Assembly (NCBI GenBank): GCA_951406725.2
Contig: OX597823.1
Span: forward strand, 60,822,001 to 60,886,000
Length of the DNA: 64,000 nucleotides
Direction of reading: 5' to 3'
DNA from: Octopus vulgaris
Taxonomy: Eukaryota
Numbering within the stretch: position 1 is the stretch's first letter; every line of letters starts with the position of its first letter. The notes beneath the pieces were generated by a model. It was not told where the DNA came from. It saw only the letters and a list, made by a program, of their open reading frames with translations, and did not search any database. A program made the position numbers and the translations under genes. This document shows, one piece after another, positions 36,889-50,803 of this stretch.

Positions 36889-37274
36889 GCACAGTGGTTA
36901 AACCAGTATTAAGTGTGGGAAATAATTCTTGACATGTATTTTATTTAGTGACAGAACCACCATTAAATAAGATACATAAGGATATATATTGTCTAAAAGA
37001 GGAAATGGAAATATACTTGACCATAATGTTTCACATGTACCCACCCAACCATACACACACACACGCATACATGCACACACGTATAGCTCATATGTACCTT
37101 CCTGTCTTTCATAAATATGAACAATGTATATTAAACTAGAATGTATTTGCTTTCATTTATATATTGTAGACATGCATTGCTTGCCTCGTTTCATGTAAGC
37201 AACATCAATTACGTGTGATGTGTGTGTGCGTGTGCCTGTGCATATGTGCATGGTGTGTGTGTGTGTGTATCTAC
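36889..37274 (+). repeat. Composite duplication of 35065-35191 fused to 36136-36387
   Basis: 36889-37015 matches 35065-35191 and 37014-37274 matches 36136-36387, with a 2-nt TA microhomology at the junction. Confidence 0.9.
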
Positions 37275-37327
37275 AAAACAACACCAACAGTGGTAGTGTT
37301 CTGAGCTATTCCAAACATAATTCCTTA

Positions 37328-38080
37328 TTAACCTTTAGCACACTGTAGGTGAATAATGTGGTTGTACAAGTTTTCTCCCCTCTTGATGCAACACAATGCA
37401 CCTGCAGTGACAGGGGAGGAAACTTGTACAACAACTAGAGGGGAGAAAACTCATATGGCAACACAATGTCTGTCATCATGTGCAACAATATTTACCACGT
37501 TCTTGTGAGCTCAGATGTAGGTAGAGCTTTCACTGTAGAACTAACCTGGGAGAAAAATCTCTTCACTGTCAAAATGTGTGTAAACACAGGCTATAAACGA
37601 TATCATTAGATCATAGGTCACAGATGTTTCAGTGTTAGTGTATGACATCAGCTATGAATACAAAATTTGCCTTTCACAGAAAGATAGTTCTTATTTATAA
37701 GAACAGTAAATAGTAAATTTACTGATGTGTATAAAACTTGACCAAGCTGGAATTAAATAACTTGAGCTACATGAAGTAGTTTTTAATAAGGTACAATCAC
37801 TTACCACCATATTTAACACGCTCATGTATGGCCAGACTTGGGGCGACCTTTCATTCTGGAAATGGTCGTGGAGAAAATCCTTCCCACAGAAAATAATGTG
37901 TAGAGGCATATTAGGCTATAAATGATGTCACTGGAACACAAAACACATGTTTCTGTGCCATTGTGTGTTTTCAGGTATGAATATGACTGGAAAAATTTCA
38001 ATACAGACACTACATGGTTTTGTGTACCATTTTCAATAAATGCAAAACTTCTCACCATCTTGTAACAACAAATTTTTTCC
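37328..38080. mobile_element. Possible piggyBac-related DNA transposon remnant
   Basis: Begins TTAACCTTT, has subterminal inverted and direct repeats at 37361-37453 and Cys-rich decayed coding-like sequence near 37900-37980. No right end was found. Confidence 0.35.
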
Positions 38081-39857
38081 TGGGGGATAAGTGCAGGAAA
38101 TTTTCTGACACCATCTCACTCAAACTAAGATAGTCGATATTAAAAAGAAATATTTGCAAATATCCTTGTGTCTATTATTAATTGAAAAGATAATGACTAT
38201 TCTGAATTACCAGAATAGAGAAATGCTATTATCACTTTCAAAAAATTTGCCCAGTCCATTATAACTGTTTGGAAAAAAAATCAGTTATATATGCATCCAT
38301 TGCTATATCTAACATTTGTAGGGATGACTGGCAATCAATCTAAGAACAGATTCTATCAACATAATGTTACATTTAGAATGCTGCAAAGAAAAATGGATAC
38401 CATGTTAACAATCCATACTTGGCTTGTGAAAAACAAAACAATAATATATTCAGTATTATTAAATAGTGATTTGTAAGTAAAAGATGAGCTTCTAGGATCA
38501 GATGGTCTTTGAAGCTCTTATACCTTCAAAAGCTACCTTCCCAGGAACACGAAATCAAGACATAAGTTACACACATGGAATTAATTTTTCTTTCCCTCTC
38601 ATGCACAAACATCACCGTAAATATCCTAATGGTTTGTCAACATCAGTCACATGAAATTTGAACACAGCTTGGCATTTTTTTCTTTCCTCTTTAAATAATA
38701 TTTCATACTTTTAATGCTAATAACTTGAGAATAATCTTCTGATACCTCTCAAATACACGAACATGCAGTTATTCAATAAATTGGATTATTTATTCCCTCT
38801 AAAATAACTTGCTTTCAAAAACTCACAAAAGAAAAGATAATTTTATATTTCATTTTTCAAATAAATTCACAAATTAACCACCACTGAGCTACTTCAACAA
38901 ATATATTGACATAGATACACACTCACACATGCATTAAATGAATTAAACGAAGAGCTGGGCACAGGATCCCTGCAGCTGGAAGAGTCAATGAAAACACTCA
39001 TCCCACAAATCAAATACCTTACTTTTGAGACACGATAGTTGCTTTTATTGTAATTTTTTTTTTTAAAGAATCACTAAATGAAGGTGAAATATTAGACATT
39101 ATGCTGATATTACTTAAAGAGTTTCATTATGGTGAAACTAATAGTAGTGATGTAAAAATTAAATACCCACCTATTAATGTGTGTGTGTTTGTGTATATAC
39201 ATACTTACATATTTTATATATACATACACATATATATATATATATATTGTGGCATAGTGGATAGTATATTGGACTCATGATGAAGTAGTTGTGTGCTTGA
39301 ATCTTGGATTGAGTGGCATGTTGTGTCCTTGAGTGATGCACTTCATTTCAAGATGCTCCAGTGTACTTGGCTGTTACATCCTAGGTGTTCCAGTGGGCCC
39401 AGGGTGGGATGACTGAGATGTTACTATGCATGCTAACAACTACTTGAGCATCTAAAACTATTACGAAACACACAGTACATGCTACTTAGTGATATTTGCT
39501 TTGCAAGTGGTAACTGTGGTTTGGTTGTGTGTGTGTGCATGCGCATGTATGTGTCTCTCGTTCTATATGTGTATATACACACACACATATGTATACAGAC
39601 ACATACATACACACATGCACACCAGAGTTGTTCTGAATAAGTTTTTATAAACTGACATAGGTCATTCAAATTGCTCGTTTAATAGAATAACTCTTGCTCT
39701 AATGCAAAGGTAGTACTCAACATAGTCTCCATCACTAGTGATTCATTTGTAGCATCACTGAATCTAACTCTTGAATCCTCTTTGAGAAAAAAAATACAGG
39801 TGTGCACTGTTGCACTCACCTTTTCACCACTACCTTCATCTCATTTGTATCACCAAA

Positions 39858-40172
39858 TCATTGTCTCTGATGACTGTCTTTCATTAGAACAAGCTGGCAG
39901 AAGTCAAAGGGCATTGGATCCAGGCTGTTCAGTAGCTGGGGACATCTGACCAATTTGCCTTGTTTGTTGCCAAAGATGTGCAGCCATGCCTTATTACAGT
40001 GAAAGTGGATTATTGTCTTCAGATTCTTGTTCAACCTCTTCATCCAAATGGCCTCTCTAAGCATTTTAAGTGTCTCAATGTAGTGTTCACAGTGCAACAG
40101 TATGTCAGAAATCAAGCAAAAAATGTTTGCGTGGTGTTTGGTTTTGTAAATCTTCCTTATGTTGTTGGACAT
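39858..40172 (-). mobile_element. Decayed mariner transposase fragment
   Basis: LREAIWMKR...IHFHCNKAWLH...PQLLNSLDPMPFDF resembles mariner LRxAIxxKR...HDNAxPH...PHPPYSPDLAPxDF. Confidence 0.65.
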
Positions 40173-40305
40173 AACTAGCTGATTGGACTACTGTGACTAA
40201 TTTATCCCAAGCTGGCAGTGCCTCCCATTTACATTGGCAAGTCTGTCTTAAGACTTTCAAAAACTATTCATAATCGCTAATCAGAAAAGCTTCCACAAGA
40301 AATGT

Positions 40306-40533
40306 TTAACCCTTTAGCATTCTGATTATTCTAACTAACGTATTGCTTATTTATTCACAATGTTTTGAATTAATCATGCATCATCCCGTAGCTTTGAGAT
40401 TTAAATGATGTGATTGTTTATTTTTAGAATGACATTGTAGGTGAAGTGTGATAGGCTGAATCTGATCAGTTTGAACACAAAACAGGTCAGGTATTAGGGC
40501 TAGATATGGCTAGTTTAAATATTAAAGGGTTAA
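40306..40533 (+). mobile_element. ~230-bp TTAA-flanked (piggyBac-like) MITE
   Basis: TTAACCCTTTAGCATT...AATATTAAAGGGTTAA terminal inverted repeats; five family members in the window. Confidence 0.85.
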
Positions 40534-42099
40534 AGCATTCTCACCAATGCTCAGAATATACTCCAGTATTCTGTTGCTTATGTGATAAACTGCTTCATTA
40601 TAATACAACCGAGTTGTGTGCATTTGGGTCCACATTGTATGCTCGGTATTCTTTTTTCCCTCAGCTGTGCTACGTCTAGGACTACATCTCACTCACAGTG
40701 GCAAGCCTGTCGGTCAAGGAATACCAGCTCAGTTTTGAGAAATCCTTGCAGAAATTCACACATAGTTCTAGTGAATGATACACACTTGCTGTTAACTATG
40801 GCATCCCAAGAACCCTTTGGAACAGGCATTGAAAATAGATGTTTTTTTTTGTTTTTTTTTTTATCAACAGTTGTCACCTACCACAAGAAGATGAAATAGC
40901 AGGCATTTCAATCTGGTTTGATATTCCCTGGGACAAGCAGGACCAGTGATTCATAAATTAGATCTTATTTTCAAATAATACAGCTTATTTAAATTTTGAT
41001 TTATATCCTCTTTACTTTGATAATCTTCAACTATGAATAATATTTATCAACAGTATTATTATCTATAAGAATAATTCAATGTCACTTTTAGAATAAAATC
41101 TTAATTATAGAACATTAAACTCCCCGTCCCCACCTCTGTTATGTTGTCACTTCCTTTCTATATCTATCCTCCATTTCCCTCTCTCATTTCTTTGACATGT
41201 TTATTTTTCGCTTTCTTTCATTGACTCTATTTATCCCCACCTTCTCTCTTTCTCTGCACCTAATTATTGTACCAAAAATAGAGTATTGCACTTTCAAGCT
41301 TTAATTTCTCCATTATAACTAATGGACTAATTAACAAAATAACAGTATTATACTGAAGTCATTTTTCCAATCACCAAATATTTTTCAAGATGATCATTAC
41401 AGCGCGAGTATTGGTTTTAGCTTATATTATAGTCTGGCATCAATCAGTATAGCTATCTTTTGCCTAGAAATAGCTTTTGTCATTCAGAATTGGGTCATTT
41501 TCTCTCTACACTTGGAATGTCCACTGATCTTTCTGTCTGGCTACTGTGAAGATGATAACCTATTAATAGTTCAGTGACCTGCAGTTCAACAGAGCAGTTA
41601 TTTCTACCAGACTATAGGACCAATTGTGATTGATAAATATTTATGGAATTGGTGAAATAGAAATTTTTCAAGAAGTCAGCATTCAGAAATATTTATAGTT
41701 CTCAGAAAAATTGTTATTTTAAAGATTGCATAAATAGCTTTCATATGCACTCCTCTGCTATGTTCCTTTCTTCTTCCCTTATTTTCATTGTGTAGATAGA
41801 TAGATAGATAGATAGAGAGAGAGAGCATTTTTATTTACTTTTCTTTCAACTTCACCATATGCGGAATGATGATGGTGTTATTATAAATATCATGAAATCA
41901 AAAATAATCTTTTCTTTAATTGATTCCACTTCTCTCCCTTTTGTTTTCTTTTGTTTATTATATTAAAAAGACGAAAAAGAATTATTATTATTTTTGTTAT
42001 TTTATTATCATTATTGCTGTTGTTGTTGTTGTTAAATAGCAATATATTCCATAAAAGTACTTTAAGGGTTTTATCTCTAAAACACTAAGACATGATTGT

Positions 42100-43800
42100 T
42101 AATTATATATTCCTGCAAAATGTTTCTCGTCAATGATAGTTTTGTCTCTTTACCTTTATCATTTCCTCTCTTCCCCTCTGCCTCCTCTTCATTGCTAATT
42201 CTTTTGACTTCCTTCTGTTTTTCTCCTTCTTTTATCTTCTTGCATTTCTTCTCTCCCACCTTCATCCTTCTTGCTTCTTCTTTCTTCTTGTCTTTTTCTG
42301 TTTTCATTTTTCTTCCACTCTTTGTCATTGTCTTAATTTCTTTCAATTTTTTTTTAATTGCTTCTTTTTTCTCTTTACCTTTCTTCTTTCTTTCATTTAA
42401 TTATTTTTGTATTTTATTTCATTTTCTATTTTGTTTTTTTTTCTTTTAACCTTATCCACCTCCCCTCCTTCCTTTTTCTACTTTCTGTTTCATTTTTTTG
42501 TTCTTTTTTTTTTCTCCTCTCTAATCTTTGTCCACTTTCTTTCCTTCACATTCTTTCAGTCCATTTCCTGCTTTTTCATTTCTTTCTTATTTTTCTTCAT
42601 TCCATCTTTTATTCCTTTCTTCAGTCTTCCATACATTATTTTTTCTTCGATTCACTGTTCTTTCATCTCTTTTTCCCCTGTTTTCATTCCTTATTTTCTT
42701 TTTATCATTTTTTTCATTCTTCATTGTTCTGCTTACCCTTTTTTTTCTTCATTTATCTTTAACTTGTTTTAGTCATTGGCCTACAGCCATGCTCGAGCAC
42801 TCCCTTAAAGGGTCTAGTCTAAAAAAATCCCCCCCCCCCAGTACTTATTTTCTTTTGAAGTCTGTTGCTTATTCTATCTTCTCCATTTGCTGAATCACTA
42901 AGTTATAGGGATGTAAACAAACCAACACTGGTTGTTACACGTTGGGGGAGGGCAGACACAAAATCAAAGACGCACACACTAACACACACACACACACACA
43001 CACATACATGACGGGCTTCCACACAGTTTCATTCACAAAGCATTGGCCAACCTGGAATTATAGCAAAAGACACTTGCTCAAGGTGCCATGTAGTGGGACT
43101 GAACCCAAAACCACATGGTTGCAAAGTGAGTTGCCTGATTTTACTTACTTTTCTGCTGCCTTTTTATTTTCCATTTTCCCTCTTTTTCAAGTTATTTTTT
43201 TTTCTAATAGTTTATCTCTATTCATTCTTTTTTCTTTCTTTCTTTTTTTCTTCCATCTTTTTCCTAATCTTCATTCTCCTCCCTGCTCACCTCGGTACTA
43301 CTCTAGGGTGGTCATAATTTATTGAACTGTGTAATTAACCTTTTGCCTAATCAAAAGAAATCGTTATTGATATTTTTTCATTTCATTTCATTCTCCCCCC
43401 ACCCTTCTAGTTGCTTGTTTATTTTCCTTTTTCTATTTTTTTTTCTTGATTTTATTTCTTTCTATGTTATTTCTTCTCACTTCCTTGTTTTTTTTTTTTC
43501 ATATCTCATAAGTCTATTTTATTATTCTTTATGCATTATTCTTCATTATTGTCCCCCCCCCCTCCGTTCTCTTTTTTCTTTCAACTTATTCTTTCTTATC
43601 CTAATTTCTTCTCTCTTTTTTTCTTCATTTTTTTCCCCTTTGCTTTCTCTTATTTTACAAGGTGTGTATATGTGTGTGTGTGTGTGTATCTTGTTTATTT
43701 TTTTAATTTTTACTTTTGCTATCTGGTTTCTATCTTTCTCTGCTTTCTTCGTCATCACTCTCCTCGCCTTCCTTTCTTTCTTCTTTATTAATTGCATCTG
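42100..43800 (+). repeat. Pyrimidine-rich low-complexity tract interrupted by a SINE
   Basis: T/C-dominated over about 1.7 kb. Confidence 0.9.
42760..43140 (-). mobile_element. SINE family A
   Basis: Tail, (CA)n and head blocks. Confidence 0.85.
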
Positions 43801-44761
43801 CTGTATGCGTTCAGCTCCTCTGCCTTCCCCTTCTGCTAATTCTCTGTGAAATAACTGTAAATTAGACCTGCGGTACCCAGTTCATGACAGCAGTTAATGT
43901 TTTCTGTTAGTGGAATATCCATGGCAAGATTAACCTTTTTCTTTTCCTTTTTACCTGATCAACAGACTTGTATCTAATTTCAGAAGGTAGATAGATGTTA
44001 AATTAGTCAAGAATCACTCTACACACACTCAATAAGCACATCAGATAGGTAGATAAATTGATAGACAGATACTGATAAATAGATAGATGGTTAGATAGAT
44101 AGATAGACAGACAGACAGGTAGGGAGGGAGGGCGGGTGTATTATGATTGCTTTCTCTCTTTCTTAATGTTGTGGAGTTTATTCTTTAAGAAAACAAAATA
44201 AAGGTATGAAAAATAAAAATAATAAAAAGTTACAGAAATGGTCATAAAAAGTTTGTAGTCTTCAATCTTGGGAATCTCATATCCTGTTTTCTCTGCTAAA
44301 TTAGAAGACTAACAATATTATTTTCTTTTGTTTGTAAATATTTCATGATTTTTTTATATGATATATTTTTTTCCTTTTTAATTGCTCAAATTTCTTTGAT
44401 TGTGTACAATATTAATTCTACTTCTTATTATTTAATTAATAATAATTTTGTATTATTTTAATAATTTCTATATTGCTTCTTATTGTTAATAAATTTTTTC
44501 CTGTTTTTGTTGTTGTTTAGGACAGTCCATACTATAAAACACAGTTGTTTAAAATAGAATATCAGAGAGAGAGAGAGTGTGTATGTGTGTGATTGCTGCT
44601 AATGACTTTTACCAAATATGTATATGCATCTTTTAAATTAGTAATACCTAGACAAATTTTTATAAAGTCAAATTTCATTATGTGTATGATAAACAACAGG
44701 CTATAGACTTCCTGAGGTGGACGAGGGTTGTGGTTATGGAGAAAGAGATTCGACAAATATG

Positions 44762-44989
44762 TTAACCCTTTGGTATTCACATAATTCTATTAAAACTAAT
44801 GATTATTTATTCATTTTGTTTTAAATTAATCCTGCACTAACTCATAGCTTTGAGATTTTAATGAGGTAACTATTAATTTTTAGAATGATATTGTAAGGCT
44901 GGTGTGAGAGGCTAGATCTGGACAATTTGAAATTAAAAGAAGTTGAATATTTTGGCTGGATATGGTTGGTTTAAACGCCAAAGGGTTAA
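44762..44989 (+). mobile_element. TTAA-flanked MITE
   Basis: TTAACCCTTTGG...CCAAAGGGTTAA; internal similarity to the 40306 copy. Confidence 0.85.
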
Positions 44990-45164
44990 ATATAGGTTCG
45001 CAGCAAGCTGCTTTCGGAACTACCTGAAAGCCACAACTTGCATGTTCACACTGCTACTAATCTCCTTTATGTAAATCGTTTTCTTCTCTACCACAACTTG
45101 TTTATCGTCTCTACTGTAAGGAGTTATCTGATATATTCTTACAAATATACTTTTTCACCTGTTA

Positions 45165-45483
45165 TCTTTATCTTGTATGCAGCCATGTTGGAGCACTGCC
45201 TTGAAAGGTTTATTTGAACAAATTGATCCCAAATCTTATTTAAAGTTTGGGACTTATCCTATCAGTCTTTTTGGCTGAACTGCTAATTTATGGGGATGTA
45301 AACAAACAAAGAAACCCCCCACACACACACACGCGCGCGCGCACGCATGCACATGTATGCACGCACACTTATACACAATAAGCTTCTTTCAATTTTCATC
45401 TACCAAATCCACTCACAAGGCTTTGGTCAACCCAGGGCTTGGTTGGGAAACAAACGTCTTATCACACAGTCATATCTGTGCCT
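45165..45483 (-). mobile_element. SINE family A with internal deletions
   Basis: CCATGTTGGAGCAC...GGGGATGTAAAC...CTACCAAATCCACTCACAAGG. Confidence 0.8.
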
Positions 45484-45833
45484 ATTGTTATAAGGAATAT
45501 TTTTAGTTTAATAATATTTCATTAAGAAGAACTCTCTTTTTTTCTAAAGAGAGCTCTATCTATATTTCCCAGTTCCCTCTTCCAGAATTATATATATTTT
45601 CATTATACAACAATCTTGATTTTTACTGCTCAACTTTAGCTCTTCTTTCTCAATACTTCGTTACATTTTCATTTTTTGGTTGAATATCTATGGCTTCCTC
45701 TTCATTACTGTTATAATATCATATTCACTCCACTCAACTTTTACAATTCAAAATGTCATCTTGTAAATTATTAAATCTTCAGTAACGACACTAGCTATTC
45801 AATATATGTATTGGTTTAGTAGATGTTGCCCTA

Positions 45834-46267
45834 CATTTTCTTTTGATTATGGTCAGCAGTTCTTTTTATTTTTGTCTTATCAAATTACTATGAATATTCT
45901 ATTTCCTGGTTAAGTACATTAGTTACTGAAGAAAACAAAATCAAAGACGATGAACTCTTTAAAGGAAAACTGTTTAATTTCACTGCATATTCAATATTTA
46001 TGACCAGGAATGTTACCCATTTTAAAGTTGGTACTACATTGGAATCCTGTATCAAAAATTGTGCATCTTATGAAATAGCTACTCAATTTATGCAAATTTA
46101 TTTTCCTGTGATTCTAATACTGAATCTAACCCCCATTTGGAAAAGGAAAAAAAAGAGCGCAAAAACATTTTCTTTGAATTATGGTCAGCAATTTCTTTCT
46201 TTTTTTTTTTGCCTTATCAAATAACTATAAATATTCTATTTTCTGGTTAAGTACATTACTAGCTACT
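45834..46267 (+). repeat. Diverged ~95-bp direct duplication (45834-45927 and 46165-46267)
   Basis: Shared ATTATGGTCAGCA...CTTATCAAAT...AATATTCTATTT.CTGGTTAAGTACATTA. Confidence 0.85.
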
Positions 46268-47036
46268 TTTTTAATCTTTATAATATCAACATATTTGATA
46301 GTAAATAATATTAGCAAAATCAATGGAGAGATTTTACCTCTGACTCTTCCCTTTCAATGAATGATTTCCTTTTTATTTAATCTAGCCCAGTGTATCCCCA
46401 AACCTAATAACATATCTCTTTTCACTCTTCATGATCATTTGTCTGCAATTCTTGCTCAGCTCTTCTACATTCTATTTCAATGAGTATCTGCTTTTTATCT
46501 GTATTCTATCCTGCAATGAAAACCTTTGTATAAACTGATATAATTTTGCAATAGTAATACACATTTCTAAACTAAAAGAGCAGTGTTCTATTTCTCTCTC
46601 CTATCACATTTTGGCCCATTCTCTTAGATTTAATAATTGGTTTTATACCTTCTTTCCTCACTCTATTCTGAATACGTAGTTTCTAATCAATAATCATTGC
46701 TAATTTGTCTTCCACTTGTTCTAACAGATGACAAAGGCATGCCTTACCTCATCTATTTGTTTCAACATTCTGACATGTTAAAATATTTATGAGGACCCAG
46801 AAAGAAGCATTTGTATGACCATACACATCACCTGCATTTCTTACCATAGCATTTGGTATTGCTGCAATCATATAACTTGGTCAAAAATAAATAGACAGCC
46901 AACAAATTAGAATCCTTCTTTACAGGTGACCGGTGGTCAGTATGTTTTACATTATTTAAGAGTATGATTTGACTGTTATTTTGCTACTTAGCACCTATCA
47001 ATTACATGCTGGAATGTTCTGTCTCTAGGCTCTTAT

Positions 47037-47260
47037 TTAACTCTTTAGCATTTAAACTGGCCATGATCAGCCCAAATATGCTCTGTTTTACTGTTCAAAC
47101 TAGACAGATCCAGCTCTCACACCTATCCTACAATGTCATTCTAAAAATAAAGTTACATCATCAAAATCTCAAAGCTATGAAATAATGCAAAATTAATTGA
47201 ACACGATGTGAACAAAGAAGCATTACATCTGACAGAGTAATCTGAATGCTAAAAGTTTAA
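47037..47260 (-). mobile_element. TTAA-flanked MITE, reverse orientation
   Basis: Reverse complement of the 40306/44762 family. Confidence 0.85.
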
Positions 47261-47527
47261 AAAAAACAATATTTCTTTGTCAGAGGAGGAAGGGAAGTGC
47301 TTGTGGCATTATTTTGCAGGGCCTCCTGGACTAACTGGGGCAAAAGGAAGAAGAAAACACAACTCCTGAGTTATTGCAGTTGGAAGCCTCAAGCCTAGGA
47401 TATCAAGTATTCTTCAAACCAGACACCTGTCTGTAATAAAGTGGACACCTAAGAGCTAGGTGGTGGCCATGTTAACCTCAGCAAGAGATGAAGTCTGTCA
47501 AACAATAAAACAGGTGCTGTCAATGTG

Positions 47528-47680
47528 ATGGACTGATTTCTACACAGTTTTTGACTACTAAGTTTTGCTTATATGATTTGGGTTGACCTGAAGACAGAAA
47601 AAGATACACACTTAATGTGTTGTGCAGTGGGAGTAAACTTGGAACCCCATGATTCTGAAGAGGATTTTTCTTTACCACAT
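47528..47680 (-). mobile_element. SINE family A head, degraded
   Basis: CAGTTT...CTAC...GGTTGACC...GCAGTGGGA...TTACCACA. Confidence 0.55.
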
Positions 47681-50600
47681 ACTTAATACGAGGCCTTGAA
47701 AATTGATTATTGTCATCACTGAAATTTCTCTCTCTTTTAAGAGACTCCTCATCTTTGTTGTTTCATTTATTTAAGCATTAGGGCTAAGTTTCCGCTACAA
47801 TATCTTTTGCAAACCATGTATCTGATATTAAGCACTGTTAAGAAATTTGGTTCTATTTCAGAACAAAATCAATTGTTTTTCTATCTACCTCTCTAGAATG
47901 GTCGACCACTGTAGTGCAAATAGAAGTTCATTTGTTTAATTGACAAGCTTGTCACTATCGTTAGGCTTTAGTTCTTCACAAGTTGTGTTTATCCTATATT
48001 TTCTATTCAGGCTAAAATCACATTCATTTCCATATAAAACTATTTATAGCATACAAAACTATCAGGCTGTTATTTCTAGCAGCCAAATTTCCCTTCACAT
48101 CACATTTAGAAAAGCAGCTAAAGTAAAACTAAGAAAGGAAAGATGATCATGGTTGGAAGGTCCTTGATTGTAGGTCTACTCAGTTAAAGCCGAATTCATC
48201 TAGTTTTTTTTTCTTCTTATTACTTAGACTTCTATCTGTATCATTTATCAAATTCAAATACTACATTAAGTAAATGAAGGGTGTGTCAAATACAGAGAGA
48301 AAACACTATTTGGTTGAAATGTCATTATTATTCGTGTTCTAAGATGAAAGAATTTATTTGTGTCTTTAGGAATAATGAAAGCCGTTTACACCAGAGATAT
48401 GATTTTTATTCAATCATAGACATATAGCTATGTTTTAAACCATTTATAATATAGTATAGAATTGGGGATGGCAAATGTCCTTAATGAAATAAACAAACTT
48501 CACTGATAAAAGCTTCATCTAATTGCTATAGCACCAAAACAATAAGTATACCAGGTAATTTAAAGAATTACCTCTGTTGATGAAATTGTTATTAATTAAG
48601 CCAAAAAAGATCCTCTATGCAGTTACTTGACATGTTAGAAATAATAACCAACTCGTACTCAATTTTTTTTTTTTTTTACATGTCTGTAGCAGTATCTGTC
48701 ATCTTGCAAACAAAGGGACACATCTGATAATACAATGCCTGATATACAAAGAGATATTATTGCTCTGGTTGGAACAACTTGATCAAGGTTCACTTATGGG
48801 GGTTCAACGATAACAAGAACAATTACTAATCAGTGAACCATGCATTTTATTTGCTTGCTTTGGACACTGCTCATATTCTCTGTTTATGGCTTGCTTGATC
48901 CAGAACTTGGTTGTACAACAAATTGGTCTGTAATTTGTATTGTTAACTGCCTTAAAATTGCCATCTTTTGAATTTTGTCCTTATCACATCACAGCTTCAG
49001 AGCTGAGTAATGCTATATACAATGAGAGAGTATGATATGCTGTTAAAATAGAAGATAACTATAAAGCCATCCTAATAACAGACTAGATTATATTGAAATC
49101 AACACAATTATTGTTATCTTAAGCATTAGCCTTAATTTTCAAGCAAAATGTGGGACATGCCGTATAGTCTCTGCATAATTTTTTTTATGGTGGTTACATC
49201 TCACCTAAATGGCCAATTCAGTTTGCAGTGCAGTGATACTGCTATATTTCTACTTTGATTTGTACAAATATCGAAAATCATACAATTTTTATACTTTGGT
49301 ATAATTGTTTGTCATCCTATCATAGATATCATATTTGATCTCAATGGTGCGTGTATTTTAGTGCTGAGTGAATGCCAGAGCAACCTGCTTTTTAATGAAA
49401 TATGATGGGAAATAAAGCTTCAGTGACCAACTGACTCAACGCTGTTAGCATTTAAGCCAAAGAATTTTGAGTTTATCCCAGTCACTGTACTGTGAAGCCA
49501 GGCAAATCTTACCTATTTGAGTAGCCATCACACCAATGAACACAAGGAAATGACATAAGGATAAAGTGCTGAATTAATTGAAAACTGATAAACGTTTGGA
49601 GGTTTTGAATGAAAAGATTCTGACAACAGAGATTTTGAAACCTAGGAAATCTAAAGGAAATGTTTTGTACAAACATAATTTGAAAAATTTAGTGTTGTTC
49701 TCAGTTAGTGTATGAAGTTATTTGTCAATTTGTTCTACTTTCAGTGGAGTTTATGGTGGGTGGGTAGATATATTGCTCCGTTTTCATTAAGATGACTAAA
49801 GTATAAAAATTGCTTTTCCTTGAATGAATGAATTTCTCTTACTTTGGCTGACAGATATTTGTGATAACATATGAAGTAATCATTGTTGTGCTCCACACAG
49901 CCCTGGTCTCATGTGACCATCCCATCTGAAAACTGCTCATATTAACGTGCCTCTGTTTAATTTGAAATTCCATTACTACATGTCTGATAACATAAAGCAT
50001 TTTCACATTATTTTTAAGAGCGTTTGAAATTGTTTTCTAACTCTAGCTTAAGTAAGAATACATTAAAAAAAAAATAGTTAGCATTCCAAATTCTTGACTA
50101 TTAAAATACAGGCAGCCAATTCATGATTATAGAAGGACTAATGTACATGTCTTTCATATATTATAATTATCCCAGGTTTAAGAGTGCACTCTATGGTTAT
50201 AGTCTCACTGCAGATTGTATCTCTGATACAGTTTCCTGATTGGAAGTCTCGCTGTAGTAATGTCTCTAGGAAAGGGTTGAGCAACAAAACTCCCATTTCT
50301 CCACTCCTTATTTCTAAAGCTTCATACTTCATTAAAAAAACAAAACAACAAAACAAAACAAACAAAAAAACTTAGGGTTTATGACAAAAGCAAAAATTAA
50401 AAAGAACATTTTTAGAACACATTAAGTCATCAGCTGATATTGGTTGCTGGCAGTAGTACTTTAGATCAAAGTGTCTAAGAATTCCAGTCTCAATTATTAT
50501 CTTAAGATGGCATGTTTGTTGTCCATAGTATCATTAGAAATAAAAGACAAAAAAAAAAAAAAAAAATCAAACTATGTTAATTAAAGATATTAACATTGGA

Positions 50601-50752
50601 ATTCAGTTTGCTTTGAATTTTATGTTTTATATTTTATAATTATTTTCTATGACTATTTGCATGTTTGGAAATGAAGTCTTTATTATTTCGTAGAAAATAA
50701 ACCTATAATAATTAGTTTAATTAATTAAGTCCTTACTTATGTTTACTATATA

Positions 50753-50803
<51 letters not shown>

